DNA of 64,000 bases. It comes from Gaiellaceae bacterium (GTDB lineage Bacteria > Actinomycetota > Thermoleophilia > Gaiellales > Gaiellaceae). This document shows positions 54,918-64,000 of the stretch, in pieces (position 1 is the stretch's first letter; the number at the start of each line of letters is the position of its first letter). The translations under genes were made by a program, and so were the position numbers. The notes beneath the pieces were generated by a model. That model did no database searches and was not told where the DNA came from. It saw only the letters and a program-made list of their open reading frames with translations. The stretch spans positions 2,278 to 66,277 of the forward strand of contig JBOGZU010000011.1 of the NCBI GenBank assembly GCA_050697455.1. Direction: 5' to 3'.

Positions 54918-57380
54918 CTACTCGGCTGCGGCTTCGGGCTCGGGCTTCGGCTCGGCAGCAGCCGTCTGCGCCTCGGGCTTCGCCGCGCCGCCGCCCTTCT
55001 TCCGCCGCCGTCTGCGACGCCGGCTGCGGCTCGAGCCCTGCTTCGGCGCGGGCAGGTTCTCGGCGAGCGCGAGCGCGACATCCTGGATCGTGCCGAGCTG
55101 CTCGCGCGCGTCGTCGAGGAGCTTCGTCGCCCGCGGCGTGTAGCCCTCCGCCGAGGCGAGGAGCGCGACGCCAACGGGCAGCGGGAGGGTGAGAGCCGCC
55201 TTGACGAGCTTCGCTGCGTTCTCCTCGTGCCGGTGGCCGCGCGAATTCGCAAGCGCTCCGAGGAGCCGCTTTGCCTCGGGATACTCCGCCGACGCACGCC
55301 GGTCCTGCACCTTGCGCGTCGCGCGCGCGAGCCGCCATGTCCAGCGCCCGAGGATCTGCTCGGGCGCGTCGGGCTTGTCCTCCGAGACCGCGCGAAGGAG
55401 GGTGCGAATCCCGGCGAGCCGTTCCTTCTCCCAGGTCGGCGCCTGCGTCACGAGCGTGACGAGATCGTCGAAGTCGGCGCGCTCGACCTTCATCGAGACG
55501 CGGTCCTGCAGCGCCATCATCCGCAGCCGCCGGTTCGGGTTCTCGGCCGCCGCCGTCGCCAGGAACTGCTCGAGCGCGGCCTTGCTCGCGCTGCGATCGG
55601 TGAGCTTCTGGACGAAGTTCGCGCGTTCGTCGAAGCGGATCTGCCGGCCGGCGATCGTCGCCCAGTAGCGCTGCTCGTCCTCGTCGAGGTACTTCGGATC
55701 GATCCGCTGCCACTCCCGCTGGATGACACCGACGCGGCGCCGCACGTCGGGCGTCACCGGAACGAGCCACGGCGCGGGCGTGAGGCGGCGGCGGGCGCGG
55801 CGCTGCGAGCGACGGCGCGGCGCGGGGGTGACGCGCGCCCCTTCGCGGTAGAAGTCCGCGTCGAGGAGCGAGTGGAGGGAGACGACGCGCTCATTGTGGG
55901 TCGCGCCCTTCGGGACGAAGTCCACGACGATGCCCGCTTCCTTGCGCGGGTGGAGGCGCATGATCCGGCCGATCCGCTGCTGGTAGACGCGGCGCGAGGC
56001 GGTCGGCGCGAGGTGCATGCAAACGGTCGCGCGCGGTGAGTTCCAGCCCTCGGCGAGCAGCTGCGCGTTGATCAGGACGTTGATCTCTCCGCGCTCGTAC
56101 GCGGCGAGCGTCTCGGCGAGACGCAGCGGCGGCGTCCGTCCCGAGACCGCCTCGGCCTTCAGCCCGGCCGCGCGGAACTCCTGCGCGAGGTTGTAGGCGT
56201 GGTCGACGCCGGCGGCGTAGACGATGCCCGGCGTGTTGTCGAAGCGGTCGCGGTAGAGGCTCGCGGCCGCCTGGTTGAGCGCCTGGTGGTCGAGCGTCTT
56301 GGCGAGAAGCTCCTGGTCGAAGTCGCCGCCGACGATCGGTACGGAGTTGATCGCGGTCACCGGCGGGACGCGCAGATCGCGGAGCGGGGCGATGAGCCCA
56401 CGGCGCGCGGCGTCCTGCAGCGGCAGGTCGTCGACCGAGGCGGGGAAGACGTCGGAGACCTGCTTCGCGATCAGCTGCTCGGTCGCGGTCATGCCGATGT
56501 AGAGGGCCTCCGGGAAAGAGCGGATCGCGGCCGAGGTCTTCTCTCCGAGCGCGGTGTGCGCCTCGTCGCAGATGACGAGCTGGTACGCATCGCGGTCGAT
56601 CGAGTCGACATGACGCGCGAACCAGGCGTACGTCTGGATCGTGAGCGGCGCCTTCTTCGGCACCTTGCCGCCGCTGGTGATCACGTCGACGAAACGGTCG
56701 CCGTAGCCCTCGGTCGTGAGGTCGCGCGTGAACTGGGAGACGAGCAGGCGGCGGTGGGTGAGGATCAGGACGCCGAGCGTGCGGGCCGCCTCGACGAAGC
56801 CGGCGGCCGCGATCGTCTTGCCGGACGCCGTCGGATGGCGGAAGCGATAGCGGCGGACGGCACCGGGATCGTCCTGCTGCTTCGGCTCCTCGTCCTCCGG
56901 CAGCTCCGCTTCCTCGATCTCGACGACGAGCGTCGAGTCCTCGTCCTCTTCCTCCTCCTCGGCGATCTCTTCCGCCGTGGCGGCGTCCCCGTTGCCGTTC
57001 CCGTTGACGGCGGCTTCGTCGTAGCGCTGGCTCGCGGCGATCAGCTCCGTGAGCATGCCGGCGAGCGCGTCGATCTGGTGGCGCCGGAGAGCGGTGCCGC
57101 CGGCTGTGCGCGGGTCCGGCTCGGCGAGGACGCGCTCGAGCCCGAGGAGAAGCCCGTAGCGCACCTTCCACTTCGAGGACGGCGCCTTGAGACCGGCGTC
57201 CATCTCCGCGATCGCGTCGTCGAGCGCGCGACGGCGCGCGGCGCCTTCGCCGAGCACCTCCGCGAGGTCCTCTCCGTCGCGGAGGAACGGCTCGCCCGCC
57301 CACGGCTCCGCGCGGAACGCTGCGGCGGCTACGGGGTCCGCCGCCGACTCGGTGCTGGTCGGCTGCTGAATCGCTTGCAT
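54918..57380 (-). CDS. superfamily-2 DEAD/DEAH-box helicase with long C-terminal extension and basic tail
   Basis: Motif I is HPTASGKT, motif II is ICDEAHT, MTAT is present, and motif VI is QQRIGRIMR. The C-terminus is ...SRSRRRRRRRKKGGG... Confidence 0.85.
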   Translation of the reverse strand: MQAIQQPTSTESAADPVAAAAFRAEPWAGEPFLRDGEDLAEVLGEGAARRRALDDAIAEMDAGLKAPSSKWKVRYGLLLGLERVLAEPDPRTAGGTALRRHQIDALAGMLTELIAASQRYDEAAVNGNGNGDAATAEEIAEEEEEDEDSTLVVEIEEAELPEDEEPKQQDDPGAVRRYRFRHPTASGKTIAAAGFVEAARTLGVLILTHRRLLVSQFTRDLTTEGYGDRFVDVITSGGKVPKKAPLTIQTYAWFARHVDSIDRDAYQLVICDEAHTALGEKTSAAIRSFPEALYIGMTATEQLIAKQVSDVFPASVDDLPLQDAARRGLIAPLRDLRVPPVTAINSVPIVGGDFDQELLAKTLDHQALNQAAASLYRDRFDNTPGIVYAAGVDHAYNLAQEFRAAGLKAEAVSGRTPPLRLAETLAAYERGEINVLINAQLLAEGWNSPRATVCMHLAPTASRRVYQQRIGRIMRLHPRKEAGIVVDFVPKGATHNERVVSLHSLLDADFYREGARVTPAPRRRSQRRARRRLTPAPWLVPVTPDVRRRVGVIQREWQRIDPKYLDEDEQRYWATIAGRQIRFDERANFVQKLTDRSASKAALEQFLATAAAENPNRRLRMMALQDRVSMKVERADFDDLVTLVTQAPTWEKERLAGIRTLLRAVSEDKPDAPEQILGRWTWRLARATRKVQDRRASAEYPEAKRLLGALANSRGHRHEENAAKLVKAALTLPLPVGVALLASAEGYTPRATKLLDDAREQLGTIQDVALALAENLPAPKQGSSRSRRRRRRRKKGGGAAKPEAQTAAAEPKPEPEAAAE

Positions 57381-57496
57381 ATGCGCAGCACACGTCGGTG
57401 CTGCAGTCCTTCAAGAGGTACGCGCTCGGCTGAGTCCCCCTGGCGAGCCGCGTGGCTATAAAGGATACCCCGCGTACGGGGAACGTCAATCTGGCT

Positions 57497-58093
57497 TTAG
57501 AGGCCTAGGCCTCCGAAGACCGCAAACGGATTGCTGGGCTCGGCTTGCATCGCTTCGAGGACGACCTCGCCGCCGGCCTCGACTTCGCCGTGGAGACGCT
57601 TGGCGAGCGCGTCCGCGTCCTCTTTGCTCGCCGTGCCGATGACGAGGTACTGGAAGCGGCGCTCCGGCTTGTAGCCCTCCGCCTCGAGTCGCTCGGTGAG
57701 CTCGTGCGCCTTCTTGCGGGAGCCGCACTCGACGCGCACCTCCCACGGCGCGTAACCACGTTCGAGCTCCTCTTCCTCCCACGTCTCGTGTGGCGGCTCG
57801 TCGTCCCAGCGTTCCTCGGCGTCGAGCCAGTGCTCGACCTTGCTCGTCTTCGCCTCGACTCCGTGTTGGCGCAGCTCCGCCTCGACGACGGCGTGCGCCC
57901 TCTCCACCTCGGCGCGCGTGCCGGCGTAGACGAAGACGGTCTCGCCGTCGCGGGAGACCATGAGCCGGCGCTCCTTCAACTCCGCCGCGAGCTCACGCGC
58001 CTCGAGGTCGAGCTCGCCGCCGAGCCGCTCGAGCAGGCCTTGCGCCTGGTCTTCCTCGACCTCGATCGTGATCCGCCAGTCGTCGTTCGCCAT
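57497..58093 (-). CDS. conserved hypothetical acidic protein with an internal duplication
   Basis: 198 aa with high GC3. Two similar modules are present (WRITIEVEEDQAQGLLERL... and WEVRVECGSRKKAHELTERL...). Confidence 0.6.
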   Translation of the reverse strand: MANDDWRITIEVEEDQAQGLLERLGGELDLEARELAAELKERRLMVSRDGETVFVYAGTRAEVERAHAVVEAELRQHGVEAKTSKVEHWLDAEERWDDEPPHETWEEEELERGYAPWEVRVECGSRKKAHELTERLEAEGYKPERRFQYLVIGTASKEDADALAKRLHGEVEAGGEVVLEAMQAEPSNPFAVFGGLGL

Positions 58094-58119
58094 GTCGGTC
58101 CGAGCGTAACCTGCGGCGC

Positions 58120-58719
58120 GTGGACTGGCGCGGACGGTACGAGGCTGCGGCGGCGCGGTACGCCGCCGGCGAGGAGCGAGAGCACGACGAGCGCCAGCTC
58201 GTGCAGCTCGGCAATGCGGCGTGGGCGGCCGGACTGTCGCTGCTGATGGCGGGCGACCGCGCGGCGGCTTCGGAGTGGCTGGTGCGATCGGCCGCGCGAT
58301 ACCGCGAGAGCTGGGACGCGGGCGGCGCGCCCGACGCCTGGGGCCGGCCGATCGCGGCGATCAAGGCGCTGCTCCTCGTCGGCGAGGACGCGGACGATGC
58401 GGCGAGCTGGGCGCTCGACGCCGGTGCCGCCGCCGCGGAGTCGCCGATCGGGCGCTATGCGGCGACGCTCGCACTGCTCGCGCTCGGCCGCGACGAGGAG
58501 GCGGCCGAGGTCGCGGAGACGCTGAGCGGCGACTTCCCGGCGGACGTGGCGGCCGCGCTTGTCGGGCTCGGTCGAGGAGACGCCGTGGCCTATGCCGAAG
58601 CGGCGCAAAGCGTGCGGCGCTCGTTCGAGGAGCGCGACGCCTTCCTCGAAGACGTCCCCGTTCCAGACACGTATCTCGTCCTGAAAACGCTTGCGCAGCG
58701 GCGTAAAATCCCAACGTGA
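58120..58719 (+). CDS. hypothetical Ala-rich helical (TPR-like) protein
   Basis: 199 aa with a GTG start and high GC3. I recognise no family. Confidence 0.5.
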   Translation: MDWRGRYEAAAARYAAGEEREHDERQLVQLGNAAWAAGLSLLMAGDRAAASEWLVRSAARYRESWDAGGAPDAWGRPIAAIKALLLVGEDADDAASWALDAGAAAAESPIGRYAATLALLALGRDEEAAEVAETLSGDFPADVAAALVGLGRGDAVAYAEAAQSVRRSFEERDAFLEDVPVPDTYLVLKTLAQRRKIPT

Positions 58720-59328
58720 AGCTGGCGCTCGGTCTCTGCTCGTCGAGCAAGTGGGCCTGCGGCACCGGCGCTGTCGAAGTCACGACCGATGGCGGGCGCA
58801 CCTACCACGTCGTCTTCCGCACAACGCGCCCGGTCGAGTCTGTCCAGAGTGTGGGATCGCAGGGTGCGATCGCGACCGCGTTCGGCAACCACAGCTGGCG
58901 CACGCTGGACCGTGGGCGCACGTGGCATTCGTGGCGGCCCGGCTCGCTCGAAGGGTTCAGCTTTGCGACGCCGAGACTCGGGTTCGGCTACCGGACAATC
59001 GAGGTCGGCAATCAATTCCGGCTGCGGCTGTTGGCCACGAACGACGGACAGAGTTGGACGCGCCTGCGCGCTCCTTGCCAAGCAGCCGGGCTACTGCTCG
59101 ATCGGGTCACCGCGCGGCTCGGTTGGCCGGATGGCCCAGGCTGCTGATCCCGCCGCGGCGCGGGCGCTGAGCTTCGCCGCCTTCGACGTGGACTTCGGCC
59201 TTGGCGGCTCTGCCTTCGCGAACGGCACGGGCTTCGTCCTGCTCCGGCACGGCGGGATCTCCACGCGGCTGATCCAGACGCGCGACTACGGCCGCAGCTG
59301 GCACATCGTGCGTAGCTGGCGCCGCTAG
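58716..59328 (+). pseudogene. BNR/Asp-box repeat protein with an apparent +1 frame switch near 59050-59135
   Basis: Frame A (58716..59147) carries TTDGGRTY, TLDRGRTW and TNDGQSW. Frame B (ending 59328) carries ...LSFAAFDVDFGLGGSAFANGTGFVLL...TRDYGRSWHIV. High GC3 moves from frame A to frame B. Confidence 0.5.
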
Positions 59329-60008
59329 AGCTTCGCGGCGGCGGCGGGGTCGAGGATCGCGCGCGTCGTTCCGCGGGCTGGCCGGGCGAGGCTGCCGGGC
59401 GTGTCGCGGGACGGCTCGCCGGCGAGCGCGCGGGCGACGGCGTCGGCTTTGTCCTCTCCCGTGACGAGGAAGAGCAGCTCGCGCGTCGCCGCGAGGCGCG
59501 GCAGCGTCAGAGTGACCCGGTCGACGAATGGCTCGTAGCCCGGCTCCGTGCCGACGGCGTCGCGGTCAGTGATGTCGAGTGTGGGGAAGTCCGGGAAGAG
59601 AGACGCGATATGGCCGTCGGGACCGAGGCCGAGCAGGACGAGGTCGAACGTCCCGACATCGCGCAGCTCGCGTTCGTACTCCGCGGCGCCTCCGTCGCGG
59701 CCGAGCTCGCCCTGGATGCGGTGGACGGCGGCCGGCGCTGTGTCGAGCCGATCCAATAGGGCTTCCTTCGCCATCCCGTAGTTCGACCGCTCGTCGTCCG
59801 GCGGCACGCAGCGTTCGTCTCCCCACCAGAGCTCGACCCGGCTCCAGTCGGGCTCGATCTCCGCCGCAATCTCGTACGCGCGCTTCGGCGTCGAGCCGCC
59901 GGTGAGGACGATCGAGCCACCGGCACGTGCCTGCGCCATGAGCCGCTCCGCGCAAAGCCGCGCCGCTGCCTCGGCGTCCTCCACGACCTCGATCGCGACG
60001 TCGCTCAT
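59325..60008 (-). CDS. pgl: 6-phosphogluconolactonase
   Basis: It starts MSDVAIEVVEDAEAAARL... It contains LTGGSTP, WWGDERCVP and LGLGPDGHIASLFP. Confidence 0.9.
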   Translation of the reverse strand: MSDVAIEVVEDAEAAARLCAERLMAQARAGGSIVLTGGSTPKRAYEIAAEIEPDWSRVELWWGDERCVPPDDERSNYGMAKEALLDRLDTAPAAVHRIQGELGRDGGAAEYERELRDVGTFDLVLLGLGPDGHIASLFPDFPTLDITDRDAVGTEPGYEPFVDRVTLTLPRLAATRELLFLVTGEDKADAVARALAGEPSRDTPGSLARPARGTTRAILDPAAAAKL

Positions 60009-60766
60009 CCGCCGGCGAGCTCGCGTGCTCGGTCCATCGCCGCCTGAATCGCGTTGAGAAACGCGGCCCGCACACCCGCCTGCTCGAGCTCGCGGATCGC
60101 CGCGATCGTCGTCCCGCCCGGCGACGTCACCGACTCGCGGAGCTCGACGGGATGCATCCCCTGGTCGCGCAGCTGCTTCGCCGTCCCGAACATCGTCTGT
60201 ACGACGAGCGTCGTCGAGATCTCGCGTGACAGGCCGAGCAGGATTCCCGCTTCGATCATCGCCTCGGCGAGGAGCGCGAAATACGCCGGACCGGAGCCGG
60301 AAACGGCGGTGACGGCGTCCATCAACGGCTCCGGGACGCGCACGACGCGGCCGAGATGCCCGAGCAGCTCCTCCGCGAGCGCGAGCTGGGCGTCGCCCGC
60401 ATGCGCCCCGGCGCAAAGCCCGGCCATTCCCTCGTGCACGGTCGCGGGCGCGTTCGGCATGGCGCGCACGACCGGGACGCCCGGCGCGATTCGCTCCTCG
60501 ATGTGCGCGGTCGTGATCGCGGCCGCCACTGAGACGACGGTCTGCTCCGGCGTCAGACCGGAGCCGACCTCCGCGAGGAGATCGTCGATGTCCTGCGGCT
60601 TGACCGCGATGACGACGATCGCTGCGTTGGCGGCAGCCGCGACGTTGTCGTCGCCGCGCCTGGTGACCACGACCTCGGACTCGTCGCGCCAGCCCGAGCT
60701 GAGCAGGCCCGAGAGGAGGGCCTCGCCGATTCGGCCGCCGCCGAGGATCGCGACCTTGCGTTCCAT
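60005..60766 (-). CDS. proC: pyrroline-5-carboxylate reductase
   Basis: MERKVAILGGGRIGEAL is the Rossmann motif. It also contains RAMPNAPA, SGSGPAYF and VTSPGGTT. Confidence 0.9.
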   Translation of the reverse strand: MERKVAILGGGRIGEALLSGLLSSGWRDESEVVVTRRGDDNVAAAANAAIVVIAVKPQDIDDLLAEVGSGLTPEQTVVSVAAAITTAHIEERIAPGVPVVRAMPNAPATVHEGMAGLCAGAHAGDAQLALAEELLGHLGRVVRVPEPLMDAVTAVSGSGPAYFALLAEAMIEAGILLGLSREISTTLVVQTMFGTAKQLRDQGMHPVELRESVTSPGGTTIAAIRELEQAGVRAAFLNAIQAAMDRARELAGG

Positions 60767-60782
60767 GGATGAAGGGTAGGGA

Positions 60783-61634
60783 CTAGGCCGCGTGCGCGGT
60801 CGGCAGCGGGATGAGGCCGCGGCCGAGGCCGGCGAGGAAGTAGACGCTCGCGAGGCCGGCCCACTCGCCGTACGGCTCGAGCAGCTCGGCGGTCTCCCAC
60901 GTCTCGGCCTCACGTCCCCGCGCGGCGCGCAGGTACTTGACGAGGCCGAGGTCGCCGACGAGGCCGTGCTCCCAGCGGCCGAGCCCTTCGAGACAGACGA
61001 CGCCGGCCGACCACGGGCCGAGCCCGCGCTCGCGCGCGATTCGCGTGACGACGGTCTCGGTCGGTACGTCGTGCAGGCGCTCGAGCTCGATGCTGCGGCA
61101 GAGGCGGACGAGAGCCGCGCCGCGACGCTCGTGCAGTCCCAGCCGCCGCAGCTCGAAAGGAGCAACCGCCGCCAACATGGAGGTTTGTGGAGGTTCGAGT
61201 AGACCGGTAGCAGGTACTGCACGGGGGTGTAACGCCTTGATGACGCGACGTTCGAGCGTTCGCGCCGTCTTCCAGTCGACGAGTTGGCCGCACACGGCGC
61301 GGAGCAGCGCTTGCGCCACCGTCGCCGTCCGTACCGGCCGCAGCCCGCGCAGGTGGACGGTGGCGCGGCCGAGCAGCGGGTCGTCGCGGAAGCGCCGCAG
61401 GAACTCGGAGTGGTCGTCGTCGAGCGCGAGCGCCCAGCGGAGCTTCTCCGCGGCCTCCGCCGACTCCGACCGGATCGTGACGACGCCGTCCGGCGCCTGC
61501 CACGCGCTCGCCTCCGAACCGGCGCACCGAGCTGTGACGACTCCGTCGCGAAAGCTTCGCGTCGCGTCGCCGGCGAGTCGTGCGGAGAGCCCCAAGGAGT
61601 ACGGCCCGCGCGGCTTGACGGCGATTTCGACCAT
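60783..61634 (-). CDS. DNA-3-methyladenine glycosylase II-like (HhH-GPD, AlkA family)
   Basis: It contains ...ERGLGPWSAGVVCLEGLGRWEHGLVGDLGL... (HhH-GPD region with catalytic Asp). 283 aa. Confidence 0.8.
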   Translation of the reverse strand: MVEIAVKPRGPYSLGLSARLAGDATRSFRDGVVTARCAGSEASAWQAPDGVVTIRSESAEAAEKLRWALALDDDHSEFLRRFRDDPLLGRATVHLRGLRPVRTATVAQALLRAVCGQLVDWKTARTLERRVIKALHPRAVPATGLLEPPQTSMLAAVAPFELRRLGLHERRGAALVRLCRSIELERLHDVPTETVVTRIARERGLGPWSAGVVCLEGLGRWEHGLVGDLGLVKYLRAARGREAETWETAELLEPYGEWAGLASVYFLAGLGRGLIPLPTAHAA

Positions 61635-61780
61635 CTCTTCGAGCCTACTGTCTCACGAGGACACGGCCGCTGGAGCGTCTTGCGGCGCCCTCGCAGCGCC
61701 CCTACCGTCGCCGGACGTCCACCAGGCGCGTCACTCCGCTCGACCTCGTCATCGCGGCGCTCGCTATCGCCGTCGTCGTC

Positions 61781-62188
61781 GTGCTCTTCGCCCACCACGC
61801 CGGCCCGAAGCTCGTTGCCGATCCGACGCGCACGCCTGGCGTCCTCAACCCGGACGTCTCGCAGGCCAACATCCGCTCGACGATCTGCACCCGAGGCTGG
61901 ACGTCGACGATCCGCCCGCCTGTCTCGTACACCGACCCGCTGAAGCAGAAGCAGATGCGCCAGTACGGCGAGACCGGCTCGATGTCGCAGTACCAGGAGG
62001 ATCACCTGATCAGCCTCGAGCTCGGCGGCAATCCGACCGATCCGCGCAACCTCTGGCCCGAGCCCTATCCCCGCGCGTCGCAGATGGATCTGATCGAGAA
62101 CCAGCTCAACGCCCAGGTCTGCAGCGGGCAGCTGACGCTCGCGCAGGCTCAGGCACGCGAGTCGCAGATCAAGCACACGCAGGGATAA
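61781..62188 (+). CDS. membrane-anchored HNH-nuclease-like protein (start uncertain)
   Basis: It contains ...YQEDHLISLELGGNPTDPRNLWPEPY... The frame stays open upstream through a TM helix (VTPLDLVIAALAIAVVVVLF) with no ATG, GTG or TTG. A CTG is present at 61670. Confidence 0.55.
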   Translation: MLFAHHAGPKLVADPTRTPGVLNPDVSQANIRSTICTRGWTSTIRPPVSYTDPLKQKQMRQYGETGSMSQYQEDHLISLELGGNPTDPRNLWPEPYPRASQMDLIENQLNAQVCSGQLTLAQAQARESQIKHTQG

Positions 62189-62197
62189 GGTCCCGGC

Positions 62198-62677
62198 ATG
62201 GCGCTCGATCCTCGCGTGGACATCGGCCACGTCCACCTCAAGGTCTCGGATCTGGACCGCGCGCTCGACTTTTACGTCGGCGTGCTCGGCTTCGACCTCT
62301 ACCTCCGGCACGGCGACGAAGCGGCGTTCATCTCCGCCGGCGGCTACCACCACCACATCGGTCTCAACACGTGGGAGTCGAAGGGAGCGGGGCCGCCGCC
62401 GCGCAACACGACGGGCCTCTTTCACACCGCGATCCGCTTCCCCGATCGCAAGAGCCTCGCCCAAGCGGTCAAGCGCGTCCTCGACGCGGGCATTCCGCTC
62501 GAGGGCGCCAGCGACCATGGCGTCTCGGAGGCGATCTACCTCCGCGATCCGGACGACAACGGCGTCGAGCTCTACCGCGACCGGCCGCGCGCCGAGTGGC
62601 CGACGACGGAGGACGGCACGCTGACGATGTACACGCGCCCGCTCGACGTCGCGGCGCTGCTCGCCGAAGCGGACTGA
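62198..62677 (+). CDS. VOC (glyoxalase/bleomycin resistance/dioxygenase) family protein
   Basis: It contains IGHVHLKVSDLDRALDFYVGVLGF and ...EAIYLRDPDDNGVELY. Confidence 0.85.
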   Translation: MALDPRVDIGHVHLKVSDLDRALDFYVGVLGFDLYLRHGDEAAFISAGGYHHHIGLNTWESKGAGPPPRNTTGLFHTAIRFPDRKSLAQAVKRVLDAGIPLEGASDHGVSEAIYLRDPDDNGVELYRDRPRAEWPTTEDGTLTMYTRPLDVAALLAEAD

Positions 62678-62690
62678 GTAGCTAGCTCTG

Positions 62691-63482
62691 TTAACTCGCG
62701 GCGCTCGGCAGCCAGCTGAAGCGCCACAGCGCGATCGCCAGCCCGATCGCCGCCCACAGCGCCATCACGCCGATGTCGCTCCAGACGATCCCGATGTCGT
62801 GGACGTTCGGCGCGTAGGCGCGATGGAGCCCGTCGGCGAGGTGCTCGACCGGGAAGACCTGCGCGACGTGCTTCAGCCAGCTCGGCAGGTGGATGTTCGG
62901 GACGAAGATCCCGGAGATGAAGTAGAGCGGCAGCATGATCGCCTGCACCATCGGCTGCGCGGCGTCCTCCGAATGGATCACCGTCGAGAGCGCGTAGCCG
63001 AGCACACAGAACGTGATCGAGCCGACGATCGCGGTCACCGCGATGCCCGGCAGCGTCGAGACCGGCACACGGACGCCATAGGCGAAGCGGCCGACCGCGA
63101 GCAGGACTGCGAGCACGACGAGCGCGACGACCAGCGCGGTGAGCGTCCTGGCCGCGATCAGCGCCCACGCCGGCACGGGCGTCGCGCGGCGGCGCTTGAG
63201 GATCCCTTCCTCCCGCAGCACCGTGATCGAGATCACGAGGTTGATGAATGAGGAGGCGATCACGCCGAGCGCCGCGATCCCGGGCACGTAGTAGGTCGAC
63301 AGCTTGACGCCGTCCGGTGTCACGTCCTTGCCGAAGACCGCGACGAAGATGACGAGGAAGAGCAGTGGCAGGACGAGCGTGAAGAAGCGTGCCTGGCGGT
63401 TGCGGAGGATCCCGAGCAGGTCGTAGCGCGCCTGGTGGAGGACGAGCAGGAGCGGCCCGCGCGCCGCTGCGGTCGCGCTCAT
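62691..63482 (-). CDS. ABC-2 type transporter permease
   Basis: An internal ATG (MSATAAARGPLLLVLHQARYDL...) overlaps the ATPase gene stop. It has six TM helices. Confidence 0.85.
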   Translation of the reverse strand: MSATAAARGPLLLVLHQARYDLLGILRNRQARFFTLVLPLLFLVIFVAVFGKDVTPDGVKLSTYYVPGIAALGVIASSFINLVISITVLREEGILKRRRATPVPAWALIAARTLTALVVALVVLAVLLAVGRFAYGVRVPVSTLPGIAVTAIVGSITFCVLGYALSTVIHSEDAAQPMVQAIMLPLYFISGIFVPNIHLPSWLKHVAQVFPVEHLADGLHRAYAPNVHDIGIVWSDIGVMALWAAIGLAIALWRFSWLPSAAS

Positions 63483-64000
63483 GGCTGCGCCTCCGTCAGC
63501 TCGAGGTAGACGTCTTCGAGTGTCGGCCGGCGCACGTCGAGGTCGGGGAGGTCGAGGCCGCGCCCGAGCGCCCATTCCGCGAGCGTGCGCACGTCGACGA
63601 GCGGCCTCGCGGTAGTCAGCGTGACGTGGCCGTCCTCGCCGGCGAGCCGCTCACGCAGCTCTGCCGGCAGCTCGCGGGCACTCACCTCCGCCGGCAACGT
63701 GAAGCGGATCGTCGCCGCCATCCGGTTCCTGCCGCCGAGCGTGCTGGGCGTTCCCTCGGCGACGATCTTCCCGCCCGCGATCACGGCGATCCGGTCGGCG
63801 AGCTGCTCAGCCTCGTCCATGTAGTGCGTCGTGAGGAAGACGGTCTTGCCTAGCTCGCGCAGTCCCTCGATCACGTGCCAGGCGGTGCGGCGCGCGGACG
63901 GATCGAAGCCCGTCGTCGGCTCGTCGAGGAAGATCAGCTCGGGGTCGCCGATCAGCGCGAGCGCGACGTCGAGCCGCCGCCGCTGGCCACCGGAGAGTTG
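63479..64000 (-). CDS. ABC transporter ATP-binding protein (3' part; 5' end outside window)
   Basis: The frame is open to the window edge. It contains LSGGQRRRLDVALALIGDPELIFLDEPTTGFD (signature plus Walker B) and HYMDEAE (H-loop). Confidence 0.9.
   Translation of the reverse strand, partial: QLSGGQRRRLDVALALIGDPELIFLDEPTTGFDPSARRTAWHVIEGLRELGKTVFLTTHYMDEAEQLADRIAVIAGGKIVAEGTPSTLGGRNRMAATIRFTLPAEVSARELPAELRERLAGEDGHVTLTTARPLVDVRTLAEWALGRGLDLPDLDVRRPTLEDVYLELTEAQP

Noticed and set aside
58716-58760. A lipoprotein signal in the short Asp-box protein (VKLALGLCSSS).
   Set aside because: The n- and h-regions are far too short, and the -1 residue (Leu) does not fit a lipobox.

Overview
This is a 64-kb, very GC-rich segment (by eye about 70 %; not computed) of an actinobacterial-type chromosome. 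Markers for that placement include ctaE-qcrCAB, a PAC2 protein, a ZAS anti-sigma factor, mug and clpS. Coding is dense on both strands (about 75 genes) and many gene pairs show 4-nt ATGA/GTGA translational coupling. I saw no rRNA, tRNA, CRISPR array, transposase or integrase.

Gene blocks, in order:
- Respiration: ctaE, a membrane protein, and qcrC/A/B.
- A P-loop kinase and aconitase.
- A three-subunit selenocysteine formate dehydrogenase (alpha, 4Fe-4S, NrfD).
- An AceTr/SatP-type channel.
- A seven-gene Mrp cluster in Mbh-like E-F-G-D'-B-C-D order with no MrpA, followed by a GCS2 ligase and an HMA-like protein.
- An Asp-box propeller protein and typA.
- A SigH/RsrA-type ECF sigma and anti-sigma pair.
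- A six-gene xanthine-dehydrogenase-family operon (amidohydrolase, 2Fe-2S, Mo, FAD, APH-like kinase, MocA).
- An LTD surface protein with a PapD/DUF916-like partner.
- Two thioredoxin-fold genes, pepP, satP-acs, and an M16 peptidase with a zinc-ribbon micro-ORF.
- SIS, class-V aminotransferase, clpS, osmC, mug, P450, nadE.
- MFS-TetR, an XRE-TPR regulator, ubiB, SDR, selD, ctaA, PAC2, an SF2 helicase.
- pgl, proC, alkA-like, an HNH-like protein, VOC and an ABC-2 exporter.

Most interesting signals:
1. Two adjacent thioredoxin-fold genes (31527..33582, minus strand) are each interrupted by one in-frame TGA exactly at the first Cys of the CxxC redox motif (W-U-G-P-C and T-U-P-H-C). The same window holds selD and a classical Sec-FDH with an fdhF-like SECIS. 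I read this as a candidate tandem selenoprotein redox operon that ORF callers would split or truncate.
2. An XRE-HTH plus TPR regulator is followed 16 nt downstream by a 38-codon signal-peptide-like micro-ORF with the best Shine-Dalgarno in the window. This is an RRNPP-like receptor/propeptide layout.
3. Transcribed divergently from that regulator is a ~165-nt structured sRNA candidate. It has a near-consensus promoter, a U-tract terminator, and a 10-bp inverted repeat spanning both -35 boxes.

All calls come from reading the sequence and the ORF track. No database search or RNA folding was run.
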